Below are positions 62,466 to 64,000 of a stretch of DNA of 64,000 bases, piece after piece. The stretch is from assembly GCF_036365525.1 (NCBI RefSeq), contig NC_090378.1, positions 112,892,351 through 112,956,350 of the forward strand, in the 5' to 3' direction. The notes beneath the pieces were generated by a model. It saw only the letters and a list, made by a program, of their open reading frames with translations. It had not been told where the DNA came from and did not search any database. Both the position numbers and the translations under genes were made by a program. The stretch comes from Heterodontus francisci (lineage: Eukaryota). Within the stretch, counting starts at the first letter, position 1, and each line of letters starts with the position of its first letter.

Positions 62466-62869
62466 CCAAGAGGGGATTGAGGGGTAGTAAGAGCTGAACT
62501 GGACAGCTCTGGTGGGCCCAATGGCCTCTACCGGTCCCAAATAGATATCTACAGCTTCTAGGAGGCCGCTGAAGACAAACTGACCAATGGGCGCTGAATG
62601 CCATCTAATCCGGCTGTAGTTTTCACGTTCACCGTTTCCTCCGACCCACAGTGTCGAGAGTCAGTCTGCAGCTGGAAGCTTTCAAAGCCATGACGACAGG
62701 TGATGTGTTCAGGGCTGTGCAGCGGTCACGCTAAGAACCGCTATCCCACGTGACACATGAGGTGACCTCAAGGCAGCAAAAGGGTGAGGAGAAGGAGCCT
62801 CGCCATCTATTATCACATCTGGGGCTGGGAGGTAGTGGGGAGGTGCTGAGGCACTGTTCGAACCAACTG

Positions 62870-63210
62870 TTTTAGTTTTTAGTTTTAGAGATACAGCACT
62901 GAAACAGGCCCTTCGGCCCACCGAGTCTGTGCCGACCATCAACCACCCATCCATACTAATCCTACACTAATTCCATATTCCTACCAGATCCCTATATTTC
63001 CCTACCACCTACCTATACTAGGGACAATTTATAACAGCCGATTAACCTATCAATCTGCAAGTCTTTTTGGCATGTGGGAGGAAACCGGAGCACCCGGAGG
63101 AAACCCACGCAGACACAGGGAGAACTTGCAAACTCCACACAGGCAGTACCCAGAATTGAACCCGGGTCGCTGGAGCTGTGAGGCTGCGGTGCTAACCACT
63201 GTGCCACTGT
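62870..63210 (-). mobile_element. HE1-like SINE
   Basis: Same family with (TAAAAC)n-type tail. ACTGTTT at 62866-62872 and 63206-63212 is a likely TSD/microhomology. Confidence 0.9.
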
Positions 63211-63766
63211 TTCTATCTCCCCTTCGAGGAACGAGCAGCTGATTGCCCTGAGGGTGGGGCGTGGTGGGTGGGCAGCTAAATTAACAGCCCCTTGTTAAAG
63301 GCCATGCTTCTCTGGTTTGCCTTACTCTCGACATTGATTAAGTGTTTGCTGAGAGGTTCTCTACAGCTCCAGTTCAGAGTAGCTTTTGATAAATGGCTGT
63401 CTGGCAAGGCAGGGATGGAAGATCTCATTTTCGCCCCCTACAATCTAATCACAGCGTGAATAATTTATGTTGCCTCTGCTCACAATATTAAACACATTTG
63501 CAGTAATGTCCATACTTTTTGCCATATATCATTGGTGATTTATTTGACTAGAAGCTAGCGAGAAGGTTTGTGAGCCCAGCTGATTAGCATATGTTAAATA
63601 CAGAAATCTTGTCACAATTCTCTCTCACTCCTGACCCCAGGATAAATATCTCACAAGAACGTGGTTTGTTTAAAGATTTTTAGTTGATGTCCTTAGGGCT
63701 TTCATATCTGTGCATCTAATTCATTCATAGATGTGAGATTCACAAACCTTTGCACCATAGGAGCTC

Positions 63767-64000
63767 CTGTGAATGCTGGCATGCTCCCGGGGGCCCCCCA
63801 CTGTGAATGCTGGCACGCTCCCGGGGGCCCCCCACTGTGAATGCTGGCACGCTCCGTGGGGCCCCCCCCCTGTGAATGCTGGCACGCTCCCGGGGGCCCC
63901 CCCCCCCCACTGTGAATGCTGGCACGTTCCCGGGGGGCTCCCCACTGTGAATGCTGGCACGTTCCCGGGGGGCTCCCCATGTGAATGCTGGCACGTTCCC
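63767..64000. repeat. ~35-bp GC-rich minisatellite running off the window end
   Basis: CTGTGAATGCTGGCACGCTCCC(G)n(C)nA units with variable homopolymer lengths. Confidence 0.95.

Larger units (their letters stand above)
62208..63454. repeat. Perfect 44-bp inverted repeat (arms 62208-62251 and 63411-63454)
   Basis: CTGTGATTAGATTGTAGGGGGCGAAAATGAGATCTTCCATCCCT and its exact reverse complement. Confidence 0.93.

Noticed and set aside
63450-63456. CACAGCG as an RSS heptamer or RAG/Transib-type terminus of the 44-bp inverted repeat
   Set aside because: The CAC faces outward, there is no properly spaced nonamer and no 5-bp TSD.

Overview
This window is eukaryotic, repeat-dominated genomic DNA. The repeat families (HE1/V-SINE-type tRNA SINEs, SacSINE1-type DeuSINEs, abundant CR1-clade LINEs, shark-type satellites) point to a cartilaginous fish, most likely a shark. 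The only recognisable host-gene sequence is a 49-nt first coding exon at 29881-29929 (+), MYGHYHHFMKLPVTYN followed by a phase-1 GTGAGT donor. It closely resembles exon 1 of vertebrate RXR-gamma (MYGNYSHFMKFPAGYG) and is too short for the ORF track. It sits in a CpG-enriched promoter-like region, and I found no downstream RXR exon, so the remaining ~34 kb is probably intron. Most other sequence is nested transposon debris: many CR1 fragments, a young 5'-truncated RTE with an uninterrupted RT frame, older RTE and L2 pieces, MITEs and minisatellites. Less obvious signals are three TSD-flanked Penelope-type insertions carrying a minimal hammerhead ribozyme motif (one with an intact core, ~0.76 kb upstream of the RXR ATG), a perfect 44-bp inverted repeat, a template-jump duplication in a young CR1, a decayed ORF1-like frame and a possible upstream alternative first exon. 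Family names are from memory of consensus sequences, not database searches, and boundaries of old repeats are approximate.
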